A DNA stretch of 64,000 bases, taken from contig OX597824.1 in the NCBI GenBank assembly GCA_951406725.2, positions 30,318,001 through 30,382,000 on the forward strand, in the 5' to 3' direction. This DNA is from Octopus vulgaris (taxonomy: Eukaryota). Positions within the stretch are counted from its first letter, which is position 1; each line of letters opens with the position of its first letter. The notes beneath the pieces are model-generated. The model was not told where the DNA came from. It did not search any database and saw only the letters and a list, made by a program, of their open reading frames with translations. This document shows, piece after piece, positions 23,180 through 36,207 of this stretch. A program made the position numbers and the translations under genes.

Positions 23180-23628
23180 GGGATTAAAAAATTCTGGCAG
23201 ATATCAATAAAGCACCCACTGACTGGAGGACCCAGTCATAGCTGTCAGACAATTTCTGCGACCACATCACCCCTAACATCTGACCACCTAACTCCCCCAG
23301 ACTGCAACCCCCTTGGTTATTATGTGTGAGGTGCAGTTGAGCAGGAGACCAACAAAATTCCTTGTAACACCAAAGATGAACTGAAGGCAAGGATTATGGT
23401 AGCATTCACAAACTTAAACAAGGAGACCATCCAGAAGAGTTGCAGGAGATTCAAAAGTCGTCAGGAGGCTGTGGTTGAGGCCAATGGCAGTTTTATTGAA
23501 TAAATTTACTCTTTAGCATTTCAAGATATTTTAATGCAATTTTTGTGAATATATCTGTTAAAATGAGATGTCACTGTTATTTTCATTTTTGTGTAATTTA
23601 GACGACAATTTATTCACCACACCCTGTA
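23180..23628 (+). mobile_element. Tc1/mariner-superfamily transposase relic (3' part)
   Basis: Degenerate (W)PPNSPDCNPL(D)YYV(W) motif at ~23280-23330 and a terminal CACCCTG-TA. Confidence 0.7.
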
Positions 23629-24821
23629 TCATTGAGCTACAGTTGTAGTTGAACAATATTCTTAAGGCCGCAATTTACTCACATGCAGTATCTTCAAAGC
23701 TTTGTTACTAATTCAGTTCTAAGCCAAATTGAAAACTGTTAACATTTTTGAAGAGGGCTGGTCCCTAGCTACATTTTGGCATAAAAAAAATTGAGATTTG
23801 GTCCAGTAGAAAAAAGTTTACATCAAAATTTGTAGAAACATTATAGTAAGTTTAGATCTAAATAAGTTTTTTATTTTAAAAACAAATTTTCGTAGTTTTG
23901 ATTCCATGCAACAAAAATTTCATAGTTGTGAGGTAAAATATCATGAAAAAATATATAGGAAGGCAAAAAATTGGATTTAAGTATAATTAACTTTTTTTAT
24001 TTTAAAAACAAACTATATTTTAATTAAGTTTAAATGATAGAGCTCAGTTCGAGAAATTTCATGGTATCAATCTCATGCAATGAAGTTTTAAAAGTAAAAA
24101 GTTATAAGTGCTTGTTTCTCAAATTTGAAGATGATATAGTCCTATACATTTTTATGAATATAATTTTATAAGGGACTTTTAATATATGTCACCAGCATCA
24201 TTGAAGTAAGGAAAAAATTATCAACGATACCACTAATTTGCAATTAGTTTAATTACATCATCTGTATTAATTAATGCAATTATATTATAAAAATGAAAAA
24301 AATTAAAATATTATTGAAAAATTTTGACAATAGCCTAGCCATTTTGTCAATCTTTCATTTTAACTCGAAGGCATGTGTATGCATCTCAGCTGTTACCTTA
24401 CATTGTTCAGTAAATTCTGTAAAAAAATTTTATTTATATATTTTTGTGAGTGGAAATGTACATTTTGTTTGAAGTCAGCATAAAGTGGAAGAGAGAGGAA
24501 ATGGACATGGACGTGTGTATGTGTTGATGAGGGGCATGAGACAGTGTGTGTGTGATAGAGGGAGAGAGAGAGAGAGTGATAGCATAAATTTACTTAGCTA
24601 CTTATACATACATGCAAAAAAAACAATTGTCATGAGGACACACACCTTCACTCAGTGACTAGCTTTTTCTCTCTCCCTCATATGCACACATATAAAAAAC
24701 ATGTATGTACATGTAATTATGGATGTACGTATATATGACAGATAATGGGTGTACATGTGTTTGTGTGTGTATATATGTGTGTGACTGACCCTAGCCGTTT
24801 TACACATACATGACAATACCC

Positions 24822-24916
24822 CCTCTCTCTCTCTCAGTCAATAACTCACACACACACTCACTAAAAAAATGAGAAAAACTAAATAGATAAAAAAATTTAC
24901 ACTATCACACTACCTT

Positions 24917-24947
<31 letters not shown>

Positions 24948-25195
24948 GAGCAAGACACATCTTCTCTCTCTCTTTGACAACATACCTCTCTCTCAGTCAA
25001 ACACACTAAAAAAAGATGCAAGAAAAAGTAAACAAATAAAATTTATACAATCACTCTCTCTCTCTCTCTCTCAATCAATCACACACACACACACTCAAAA
25101 AAGATGAGGAAAAATAAATAAAATGTATACTGTCACTCTCTCTTTCTCTCTCCCTCACACACACACACACAACAACAACAACAACAACAACACAC
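24822..25195. repeat. About three degenerate tandem units containing (CT)n/(CA)n and an A-rich core
   Basis: CTCTCAGTCAA..CACACACT..AAAAAAGATG..AAAA..TATACA.TCACTCTCTC recurs three times. Confidence 0.6.
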
Positions 25196-25514
25196 ACTTT
25201 AAATTTATTATTCAATTTTCAGTAAGGTAAAATCTTAAATTATTGACACATTATCAATTAGCCTAATAGCATAGCCTGGATAAAACATGGATTACATGGA
25301 AAAATGCTAGTAAGAGAAATAATATTCTTAAGATTATAAACAAGAAAAGTACAGAACAAGTTATTACACTTGGAAAAGTTCAGGATAAGTTATTACAGCT
25401 GGTAAAGTACAGAACAAAAAAACTTTTACTTAAAATATTGCAGCTAAGGATAAAATTTCAAATAAAATATTTATATTTCTCCCAAGTTATTTATATATAA
25501 GTACAGAAGGTCTT

Positions 25515-26411
25515 CAAAGACTATTTACATTATTTACATTCAACGGATATTTGTCCTCATCTTGTTTGTTGTTAACACGTTTCGGCTGATATACCCTCCA
25601 GCCTTCTTCAGGTGTCTTGAGGAAATTTTAAACCTGGGTTCTCATTCCTAAGGTATTTTTTCGATGTTATTATTATCATTTTTTGATGTTATTATTTTCG
25701 ATCGTTATTGAGCTTGATCATTTCTTCGTGGTGTGTATCACGATCGCTACTTATATTCTTTGCACGATGTTTTAGGCACTGAGCAATACCTCTCTTTACA
25801 ATGTATGGCTGGTGGAAATTGAAGTTGAGGTATCGTCCAGAAATGGTCAGCCTGCAGTATACAGATGCCCTGAATCCATACTTGGTGCATGTTATTAATA
25901 CATCCAGGAATGCCAGCTCATTGTCTTTTTCCTTTTCCACTGTGAACTGTATGGATGGCTTTATTGAGTTCACCTGATCTAACTGCACTTGGGCATCTTC
26001 CTGGTGGGGCCAGAGTATAAAGGTGTCGTCAACATATCGTAGTCATAGTGTTGGTTTTAGTGGTGTTGATCCTAAAGCCAAATTCTCAAAGTATTCCATG
26101 TATGTATTGGCTATTACCGGTGATAATGGTGAACCCATAGCTAAACCCTCCTCCATACTGAAGTAGGTAGTTTCTACACAGAAGGTCAACATTTCCATCA
26201 AGTTTCTTATTGGTATACTAGTGCATTCTTTTAGATGGGTGACTGTCACTAGTTTTTCTAGTGCTTCACCAGTTGAAACTTCGGTGAACAGGCTTATCAC
26301 ATCTAGACTCACCATCTGGTTGGGTTCAATGGGAGTATCCTTGATCAATTCTGTGAAGTGGGTGGAATACTTCACGTACGATTCTTCATCAACAACAGAA
26401 GCAATGTACAA
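25515..26411 (-). mobile_element. Penelope-like retroelement (PLE) fragment: RT remnants plus terminal repeat
   Basis: SLDVISLFTEV, GLAMGSPLSPVIAN, RYVDDTF, LAFLDVLI and RYLNF motifs (ORFs 26043..26411 and 25692..25988). The downstream repeat at 25545-25680 matches the arms of 57553-57933. Confidence 0.88.
25574..25616 (-). ncRNA. Degenerate minimal hammerhead ribozyme core in the PLE terminal repeat
   Basis: Minus strand reads GACAC-CUGAAGA-AGGCUG(gaggguauau)CAGCC-GAAAC-GUGUU; three nt are missing at the cleavage site relative to the 57580 copy. Confidence 0.55.
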
Positions 26412-26718
26412 GCCAACAATGAAGCTGCTACCTGCAAGAAATAGCAGACAACCCTCCCTCTAAACACACTCTACTATTATAAAAGAACCCTTCCCTACTC
26501 CATGGTAACGTGATCCCAGATAACATTTTCACTGAAAAACAAAATAAAAAGGCAGTTGGAATGTATTTGGTCACTGGTCTTTTTAATCACAGCTGACCAG
26601 TCTCTAAACAAGAAGAACTATAGCAGTAGCAACAACTGTAACAACCACATAAATAATATATATTCTAATAACTTAATAACAGTCTTTACAGAAACAATAT
26701 ATCAAATTATAAGCCTAC

Positions 26719-26838
26719 TTTTTCCCCTTTTGTAAAGATCTCTTGAGGTTTTCTAGGCTCTATGTTAAATGCAGATGTTGAAATAGGTTCCTCATGTATG
26801 AAGCCAAAAAGTGGTTCCTCTGGGTGGTCATTCCAATC
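26719..26838 (-). CDS. BTB-BACK gene, repeat exon R1 (most diverged): DWNDHPEEPLFGFIHEEPISTSAFNIEPRKPQEIFTKGEK
   Basis: Acceptor atttcattttag|GAT, donor AAA|gtaggc, 120 nt, phase 0/0. Shares the TCAACATCTGC (STSA) core and acceptor context with R2-R8. Confidence 0.72.
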
Positions 26839-27628
26839 CTAAAATGAAATACATACACACACACATATATAGATATGTATATATTTTTACTCGTCTCATT
26901 CATTAAACTGCAGCCATGCTGGGACACAACCTTGAAGAATTTTAGTTGAAGGGATCAACCCCAGTACTTTTTTAAAGCCTGATATTCTTTTTAGTCTGTC
27001 TCTTTTGCCAAACCACTATGTTACTGGAACACAAAGACTGATTGACAAATGCTGGTGGGGGATACAGACACAAGGAAACACACATACACAATTGGTTTCT
27101 TTCAATTTCTTATTTCTTTATTGCCCACAAGGGGCTAAACACAGGGGACAAACAAGGACAGACAAATGGATTAAGTCGATTATATCGACCCCAGTGCGCA
27201 ACTAGAACTTATTTAATCGACCCTGAAAGGATGAAAGGCAAAGTTGACCTCAGCAGAATTTGAACTCAGAACGTAGCTGTAGACGAAATAACGCTAAGCA
27301 TTTCGCCCGGCGTGCTAACGTTTCTGCCAGCTCGCCGCCTTATTTCTTTCAATTTCTGTCAACCAAATCCAATCGCAAGGTTTTGGTTTGCGCAGGGATA
27401 TAGTAGAAGACACTTGCCAAAGGTATCATGAACACACGTACTCATATGCATGCACATGTCTGCATATGTGTGTATCTGTGTGCACAAGTACTTGTGTGTA
27501 TGTACAAGTATTTGTCTGTATGTACTGTGTATATATATGTGTACGGTGTGTAATAAGTATATCCATAAGTGAGTGTGTGCTTATGTATTCCAGAATGTGT
27601 AACTACATGGTAGGCATATACATGTATA

Positions 27629-28489
27629 TGAGGTGGTATCAAAAAGTTCCTAGACTTTTTGATAACACCTGTAGTGGTGTCAGCAGAATGTAGCACATGA
27701 TTACATGCACAGTGGGAGCTAGCAGTAGCCTTCATGAGGCAGTGTGCCAAGTGACATCACTGTGTTTGCTTCACAAGTTGTGAAATTTGTGTTTTTGTGA
27801 TGATGTGTATGCTATGGTCTGCGATTTTGTCATGGACAGAAACAAAGAGCCAATGTGAAATCTTACGTTAAACTTTGGAAGTCTGTTACAAAGACATTGA
27901 GCATGTTTTGGCAAGCTTACGGTGAAGAGACAATGCTTTGAGTGGCATTGATGATGAGCAAGCTGGAAGAACTGCCATAAGTGTCATCCCTGGAATTGTG
28001 GTATTGTGCATCGAGAATTTGACTGACCCACAGGGCCAGGCCATCAATCGAGAGTTCTGCTGTGGTATTTTGTAGCATTTGAGGGAGGACATTTAGTAAA
28101 AGCAACCAGATCCATGCAGTGCAAAGAATTGGATTGTTCACCAAGCTCTCCTCACTCATGAGTTTTTCACCAAAAACAACATGGTATTGCTTCCACATCC
28201 GGCCTGTTCACCAGATTTAGCACCTGTAGACTTTCATCTCTTCCCCAAGATGAAAATGCAGCTCAAAGGTCACCATTTTAACACCATTGTCAAGATCAAG
28301 AGTGAATCACAGAAGGTCCTCAACTCACTTACAGAAAACAAGTTCCAGACTGGATTCCAAAAGTGACTGGAATGCAGGGATGGGTGGATTACTGCACAAG
28401 GTGATTATTTCAAAGGAGATGATGTTAAAACTTAGGTAAATTAGTTATTTTTTATTAAACATAAGCAGGAACCTTTTGATACCACCAAG
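27629..28489 (+). mobile_element. Mariner DNA transposon, internally deleted relic
   Basis: TIRs GGTGGTATCAAAAAGTTCC / GGAACCTTTTGATACCACC; transposase motif HPACSPDLAPVDFHLFPKMK (ORF 28181..28366). Confidence 0.85.
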
Positions 28490-30111
28490 TGTGCATGTGT
28501 GTTTCATGGCACAGTCAGTTTGAAGATGAAGCTCCATCAATGGTCTTAAACTCTTACAGACTCGCATAATCAATGCAGTTTATGTTCAGCTTGAACATCT
28601 GTAAGTTGACATATGCATGCAAAACATGGACTAGAACAGGATTCCAAAGAGTTGATTTTCAAGAGAAGAAATGTTTATTGAGCATAGTGGTTAGTAGAGG
28701 ATCCAAGCATTATGATACAATAAAGGGTACAAGGAAAAGAGAAATAGGTATGTTGGGTTCTTCTGAATGTAGTTGTTTTGTAACAATCTAGTTGATAGGA
28801 ACATAGGCCATTGTAGTAGCAAAAAAGAAGGACCAAATATGGAGAAGATAATGTGGTTCAGAAGCTGTAGAAATTCAAGTTATCATTATGTCTTATTCTT
28901 TAAGACATAACATCTCTGTGCCAAGATTACAGAAATGTGTCCTTTCTTCCTTAAGATAATAGAGAGTGGTTTGTGGAAAATTTAATGGTTTTTCTTGCAG
29001 ATCTATCAACTGCACTGAGATCCGAAACATGCTTGTGTACATAAGTATGAATCGTCATCATCATTTAGCATCTATGTTTCATGCTGGCATGGGTTTGGCA
29101 TGATCCAATGGACCGAAGAACTGCATCAAGATCTAGTCTCTGCTTTGACATGGTTTCTATAGCAGGATGCTCTTTGTAACACCAACCACTTTAAAGTGTG
29201 TATACTTTTTACAAGACACCAAGCACTTGTGTGGCTATCATGCAATTTGTAAGACTACAAACCCAGGAGAGGTGACTTTATACAGGTAGATGAGAAGGCA
29301 AAAGAAAGTTAAAAAGTATATTATTGTACATAGGTGTCAGTTTATATAGGTATTTGTGTACATAGATGCTCGACTGGTTAATTAGACCCAGATCAGAATG
29401 GAGAGACAACACAAATAGAAGCAGACAAATGGACAGACAGAGAGAGAGAGAGAGAGAGAAAGAGCGAGAGAGAAAGAGAGGTAGACAGACAGATAAAGTA
29501 AGGTAGCAGTTGTTGGGATTTGGTCTTGTTCACAAAACAAGTTATCTCTGAGAAACATGTTTCAGTCATTTTGATGTCATTAAGCTCTTCAGACAGCGAG
29601 ATGATCATCAAAGTACACAGTGAAAAATCTTTTGATAAAAGAAAGAGAAGCACAAGGACATCTGGTTTACATATGTGAAACTAAATCATATTGAAAACCT
29701 GTACAGAAAGACTGGGTTGTATTATTGTTTTATCTAATCTCATATACTCCCATATATATGAGATTAGAGATTATCAGAAAAGGGTTAATATCAAAGTGGC
29801 TGAGGTGATACTTGAGACCAGCAGAGATGATGGGAAAGGAATAGCAAGAAATCAATGACAACACATGTAGTGACCGTAATGTATAAACAGCAAGGTTTAA
29901 TAGAGTTGGCAGTATATTGTATGGCTGGCAAAAAATAATACATGTATAGCAGGGTTAGAAATATATAGAAGGTTGAGCAAGAAAGCTTCATCATTTAATG
30001 CTCACGTTTCCATGCATGAATGGGTCAGATGGAATATGTTGAGTAAGGTTTTCTATGGCTGGATACCCTTTCTGTCAACTATTCTCACCTTTTTCTCTAT
30101 TTCTGAGCAAA

Positions 30112-30520
30112 GGCGTAGGAGTGGCTGTGTGGTCAGTAGCTTGCTTACGAACCACATGGTCCTGGGTTCAGTCCCACTGCGTGGCACCTTGGGCAAGTAT
30201 CTTCTACTATAGCCTCGGGCCGACCAAATCCTTGTGAGTGGATTTGGTAGACAGAAACTGAAAGAAGCCCGTCGTATATATGTATATATCTATATATATG
30301 TATGTGTGTGTGTGTGTCTGTGTTTGTCCCCCGCAACATCGCTTGACAACCGATGCTGGTGTGTCTACGTCCTCGTAACTTAGCGGTTCGGCAAAAAGAG
30401 ACCGATAGAATAAGTACTAGGTTTACAAAGAATAAGTCCTGGGGTCGATTTGCTCGACTAAAGGCGGTGCTCCAGCATGGCCACAGTCAAATGACTGAAA
30501 CAAGTAAAAAAAAAAAAGAG
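30112..30520 (+). mobile_element. tRNA-derived SINE, full length (family 2)
   Basis: A-box-like TGGCTGTGTGG, B-box-like GGTTCAGTCCC, ACCTTGGGCAAGT domain, internal (TA/TG)n and 3' AAATGACTGAAACAAGTAAAA. A near-identical copy is at 35373-35784. Confidence 0.85.
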
Positions 30521-30956
30521 TAAAGTAATATTTTCTAATGGCCAGACGTTTTTCATGGAAGCCTGGTAATGAGCAACCTTGCTTGTATGACAATGATGCT
30601 CATTTACAATCTTCATATGATGTCTAGACAAGGGTGCACACACACACAAACAATGGGTTTCTTTTAATTTGCATCTACTAAATCTACTCACAAGACTTTG
30701 GTCGGCCCGGGGCTATAGTAGAAGACACTTGCCCAAGGTTCCACACAGTGAGAGTGAACCCATGAACATAAAGCACATTTCTCAACCACACAGTCACGCC
30801 TGAGTCTTCATGCAAGATGCATATTTTAGGGAGTGTTGTCAGAGTTAAAAAATTTCTCATTTATTCCCTAGAAGCAATGATGGTTGCTCAGTGCATTTTG
30901 TCCTGGATGATTGCGATAGTAAGAAATTTAGGGCAATAATGATAATGGGGTCTTAC

Positions 30957-32939
30957 CATCGTTGGCATAGATGTGCAAGAGCATGCAGCAACAGCTTGGA
31001 TGCTTAGAAGATCTAATGATGTTTCTTCCTTTGCAGAGTCATAATTATTTTCATTTGTGTGTTTATCTTTTTCATTAGTTCCTATCTTATTTTCTATATT
31101 GTAATCAACTTCCGGCACAGTGTCTAAACAAGCTTCTGTGCTAAAACGGAGAATCATATTTGTTTTGTTTGAGGAATTTAGTTCCATACTTTTGGTATGC
31201 TGTGAATGATTTTTGTCATCATTCGCTGTAACTGGTGTTTCAGAGGAGTTGCTATCTACCTCAACAATCCGAGACACCATTCTAACTTTTTGATTTTTCT
31301 TATTAAATAGAACACTATGTTTATAATTTTCAGCAGCTTCAGAAATACCCTTTTTCAGTTCTGTCTCCCAAACACTTAATACTTCATCAGAAAAACATTT
31401 TTTTGGCATTGATCTCTTACGTGCAAATCTAAATAAGTCAGTGCATACATCAACAGAATTGCGTCTCTGAGTAAGGAATGTAGTGAGATCAGGTAGAGGT
31501 TTACTTATACTGTCTGGTGTTGAAAGAACTGAACAGACATTGGGTAAGTTATAATTAAAGTCAGTATTTTTCATCATAATGACTGGCCTTGATATAGAGC
31601 TGTTTTCCCAAATATAGGCAGAAGTAACATTTGTTCCTGGAGACAAAGGTTCACCAGTCTTTATCGATATATTAGTTCCATAAGTAACTCTTCTATGGAA
31701 ATCTGGAAGAGTTTTTTTTTCGTCTGATGTTAAATGTGTTTTTGTTAAGCGGATTACTGGTCCATGGATAACTGGTGTGACTTCATGATTTTCATCTTCA
31801 ATATCATCCAGAAATGTCCTTCTGTCATGTGCTTGTTCTTCTGGCTGAGAAATATGATCTAATTTGATCCCAGTGTTGCCAAGGGGAGTACTATTTTCAT
31901 TATTAGAATTCTCATCATTTTCTAACTCTGTTCCTGAACCAGCTTCACTGTTTGAAAGTACACAGTTACAAAATCCACCTTCAATATATTTTACCCTACC
32001 ATACCTTCTTATAGTAGTTGTATCATTATTATGACAAGTAAACATTTTGCTTTTACTGAAAATAGGTGAAGCTGAGGGAAAATGTTTCTTGTTGTTTATC
32101 AAACCATTTTCAACACCTCCTAAAACTGTTTTAGATTTTAGTGTTAGATAAGAATCTTTGATAATTGTTGGTTTCTTTCGTCTAACAAACATACAAGAAA
32201 TACCTGAAGTTCTCTTATGAAGGATTTTAGATATTCTATTGTTTACTTTTAATCTGTTAGACTTAATGAACAAACGCATTTTAGATTGTCGTTTAATTCT
32301 CAAGTTCTTTGTCTGTCCACAGATTGTTTTAATTTTACTAGAATTATCTAATGGAAACAATTTTGATTCCTTGTCAGCATAAAGTGGATTTATCTCTGTA
32401 GTATAATCAAATAGATTGTAGATATCACTTGACAAATCTATTGCATTGCTTCTTTTGCTAAGTAAAACAGATGCTGATTTTTCAATCAAAACTGGCACTA
32501 CATTTATTTGAGCAGAGTTGTCATGAGTTACTGCTTTCTGTTTTGTTAGGTCAGACTTAAATTCTGTTGTAGCTTTCACTAATTGATTAGATCCATCCAA
32601 AATCTCTTTAAATTGATTGAATGATGATTTGTTTAAACTGCTTCCTATTTTACTTTGTGTTTGCAACTTCCCATCTCTCTTGTTAAGCTGAACTGAAGAA
32701 ATATTCTCACAAGATCTGGCATTCATAGAATTGCCCATAAAAGACTGAATATTATTAAAGACATTTGGTGAAAACTGACGGTTTCGATTATGATTACAAA
32801 TTTCTTCAGATTTTAACTTTGGGACAAGATCTGATTTGACATTGGTCACACATGATTTCCCACCACTTATTTGCATTATATTTGGTTTGGATTGAATATT
32901 GCCTTCCAAAATGCTGGATGTCAGACAATTATTGGCACC
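30957..32939 (-). CDS. BTB-BACK gene, large 661-codon exon (N/S/K-rich, probably disordered, with basic NLS-like stretches)
   Basis: Lies within ORF 30888..32909, extended to acceptor tttttcag|GGT at 32939. Donor ATG|gtaaga at 30957; 1983 nt, phase 0/0. Confidence 0.85.
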
Positions 32940-33720
32940 CTGAAAAATAAAAAAATTCTAGAATCAAAACAATGTTTTAAACTGGATGTACAAATTAGAT
33001 TAGTTAAATATATTCCAATTTTAGTGTAAAGAGATAATTTGTTTCTATGTTATAGAAAAGTAAAATGAGGAGGTGATTATATAGTTGTTAGTCAGCTTAA
33101 TACATGTCTTCTTATGAGGCTTCCTTTCAGAAGCAAAACTATGCACCTCATTTACAGATAAAACATAAACCTTTTATATGTAACTAAAATACTTAACAGC
33201 TGATTTTTAAGTAATGATTTAGCCAAAAGAAGGGGATGTGTCTATGACAATCACAAGCTCTCTGAGACTGATGACATTAATGTTCAGTTTGAAATGTCTG
33301 AAGGCAAAATATAGATGGGAAAGACTTTCAAAGAATTAATGTTCTGAAGAACAAAGCTGAGTGACATTGAAATGTTACAAACAAAGCAAGTTTCTCAACA
33401 CATTACCTATATAATTAGCAACTGGATTAAAAATTGAGAGAAAGGCTCTCAATAGTACTTCAATTTGTATCCAAAGAATTCAAATTTCATTACAAATCTA
33501 TAGAAAGCATTAAAAACAGTTGTCACTCATTTCCTAGCATTTGGTTGTGATTTCAAAGAAATGTTTAGATTTTCTTTCTTTCCGTCATATGCCAATATCT
33601 AGGTTGATTAATTAATTTTTTTTAATCACACCATCATTGATTAGCAAAGCCACATTTCTTTGATGGTGAGTGGCACAAACAGTCACAATGTTTGATTAAA
33701 TTACTTGTATTTAATTAATT

Positions 33721-34640
33721 CCTTCTCTAGGTCAGCTAGTGATTCAGCTCTAAGAACAAGGTCATCAGCATAAAAGTGCTCCCAGGGGAAGCTGGTCTTG
33801 AATTTGTCAGTTAAGGCCTGGAGGACTAAGATAAATAAGAGGGCTGAGAACTGAACCTTTGTGAACTCCTACCTCTGCACTGAATTCATTGCTATACTTG
33901 TTGCTACCTTTCACCTTACTGGCAGCATCCCTGTACATGGCTTGTACTGTTTTCACTAAACATTCATCTATATCTAGCTACCAAATTGAACACCAGATAA
34001 AGGAGCACAGGAACATGTCAAGAGCTTTCTTCATATCGAAAAACCCAAGTTCAGAGGTTTATTTTTGGTTAAGTACTTCTCCTGCGGTTGCCTAATCAGG
34101 AATATAGCATCAATTATGCTCCTACCTGACACAAATCCAAACTGCATCTCATCTATGCTAACACTCTTCCTAATTGAGCTATGACCCTTTCTGTGACTTT
34201 CATCACCTGGTTCAGCAATTTGATACTTCTGTAATTATTTCAATAATGCTGCTACACAAATCATTGGGTATGACTTCCTTGTGAGCAGCCTGATTAATTA
34301 TACACGTGACAAAGCCATATCCTACTCCAGCAGATATTTTAAGCATCTAAGCAGTGATTCCTGATGGGACAGAAGCTTTCCCTGCCTCTATATCCTTAAT
34401 TGCTTTATCTACCAAGCTACTCTCAATTCAGATAGCTGGTCCCTCAGTTGGGTCTACATTTGGCAGACTCTCCTTCTTCCATGCATTATCTACATTTAGC
34501 AGCCTTTCCTAATAGCATTTCCAAGCCTCTTTCTTTGCAGAGTCATTAAATGCAAGTGAACCATCAGTCATGCAGATACATTTCTCTCCTATGACATTCC
34601 AATTTTTTCTCACACAGTCTTGCAATTCGAAATACTTCAT
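33721..34640 (-). mobile_element. RTE LINE internal fragment, degenerate
   Basis: Nucleotide similarity to 1480-2430 (FKTSFPW, LYADD region, QFGF region). Confidence 0.8.
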
Positions 34641-34648
34641 GCTGCAAA

Positions 34649-34679
<31 letters not shown>

Positions 34680-34778
34680 AATGATCTAATAGCGATAGTC
34701 AACAAAAAAGTACTCCATCCAGTGAGAGATAAATATCAATTTAAATACACAACCAAAAGACTAACAGTTTCATGTTAT

Positions 34779-35858
34779 AATGATACTTGAACGGGCATAT
34801 TTATAAAATACATCATGTATCTTAAAGCAATCTTTCAGGCTCTGTTTATGTGTTATATATATTTTAAAAACAAGGACACTGGACAGTAAGAAAATAAGAC
34901 CAAAAACGTGTAAAAACCTTGAAGAAGGTTGGTGCAAAAATGGAAGAGAAAAAAGAAACGGAATCAAGAAAACAAAGATCCTCGTCTTCCCTGATTGCAG
35001 AAAGTTCATTAGATACAACTGGTTTAGATCAAAATAACAGGAAATATGTCAAAGTCTGCAAGGCAGCAACTCAGTCCGGAGTGGGTGGTACCCTACAATT
35101 TGATAAAAGAAACCTGTCCAGGTGTTTATACTTGCTAAAAATTTCTGGTATCAAAGTCAGCAATTTTGAGAGATGGGGAAAGATCATTTATTTTGTTCTA
35201 AACCAGTTGTATCTAATGAGCTTTCTGCAATCAGGGAGGACAAGGATCTTAGTTTTCTTGATTCTGCTTCTTTTTTCTCTTTCCATTTTTGCACCAACCT
35301 TCTTCACATTTTTAGCACGTTTCTTTTTCTTATTTTGTTACTGTCCAACATCCTTGTTTTTTAAAATATATAGGCGCAGGAGTGGCTGTGTGGTAAGTAG
35401 CTTGCTAACCAACCACATGGTTCCGGGTTCAGTCCCACTGCGTGGCATCTCGGGCAAGTGTCTTCTGCTATAGCCCCAGGCCGACCAATGCCTTGTGAGT
35501 GGATTTGGTAGACGGAAACTGAAAGAAGCCTGTCGTATATATGTATATATATATGTGTGTGTATATGTGTTTGTGTGTCTGTGTTTGTCCCCCTAGCATT
35601 GCTTGACAACCGATGCTGGTGTGTTTACGTCCCCGTCACTTAGCAGTTCGGCAAAAGAGACCAATAGAATAAGTACTGGGCTTACAAAGAATAAGTCCTG
35701 GGGTCGATTTGCTCGACTAAAGGCGGTGCTCCAGCATGGCCGCAGTCAAATGACTGAAACAAGTAAAAGAGTAAAAAAAGAGTAACACATAAACAGAGCC
35801 TGAAAGATTGTTTTAAGATACATGACATATTTTATAAATATGCCCGTTCCAGTATCAT
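34779..35858. mobile_element. Foldback/long-TIR element (~260-bp arms, ~150-bp spacer) with a SINE inserted in the right arm
   Basis: 34779-35037 is the reverse complement of 35188-35372 plus 35783-35858; ORFs 34770..35018(-) and the end of 34919..35473(+) mirror each other. Confidence 0.82.
35373..35784 (+). mobile_element. tRNA-derived SINE (family 2) nested in the foldback
   Basis: Near-identical to 30112-30520. Confidence 0.85.
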
Positions 35859-36207
35859 AATTTCTTTCATGTGGCTCCGGTTCACTCAGCTGTAGAAATA
35901 TGTTGTGACATCACTGCTGCTAAGCTGTATCAGCCTTTGTCTTTCCCTTGGATGACATCAGTGGCATGGAAAAGGGAGACTGGTATGCATGGGTGATTGC
36001 TGGTCTTCCACAAACAACCTTGCCTGGACTTGTGCCTTGGAGGGGAACTTTCTAGGTGCAATCCCATGGCCAGTCACGACTGGCCAGTCTTTACCGATAC
36101 TGGAATTGAGATGAATGAAAACTCTCTCTCCTAAATATTTTCAGCCTAGCAACAAAATTAGAACCATTAATTAACAAAGAAAATAATTATTTTTAATGAA
36201 TCCTTAC

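Noticed and set aside
5541-26838. CRISPR-like or prokaryotic repeat-spacer interpretation of the regularly recurring unit
   Set aside because: The units are 120-162 nt spliceosomal-type exons kilobases apart in eukaryotic DNA, with no cas genes or short direct repeats.
29393-29698. Possible extra minus-strand exon after the large exon (acceptor-like ctttctgtacag at ~29699)
   Set aside because: All three frames close within ~11 codons (phase 0 gives VFNMI*). It could be an alternative terminal exon, but nothing in the sequence supports this.
30112-30190. tRNA gene
   Set aside because: A/B boxes are present but there is no cloverleaf, and the sequence continues into a multi-copy SINE body.
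34919-35473. 184-aa plus-strand ORF as a host gene
   Set aside because: It spans both foldback arms and runs into a SINE, so it is a chance ORF.
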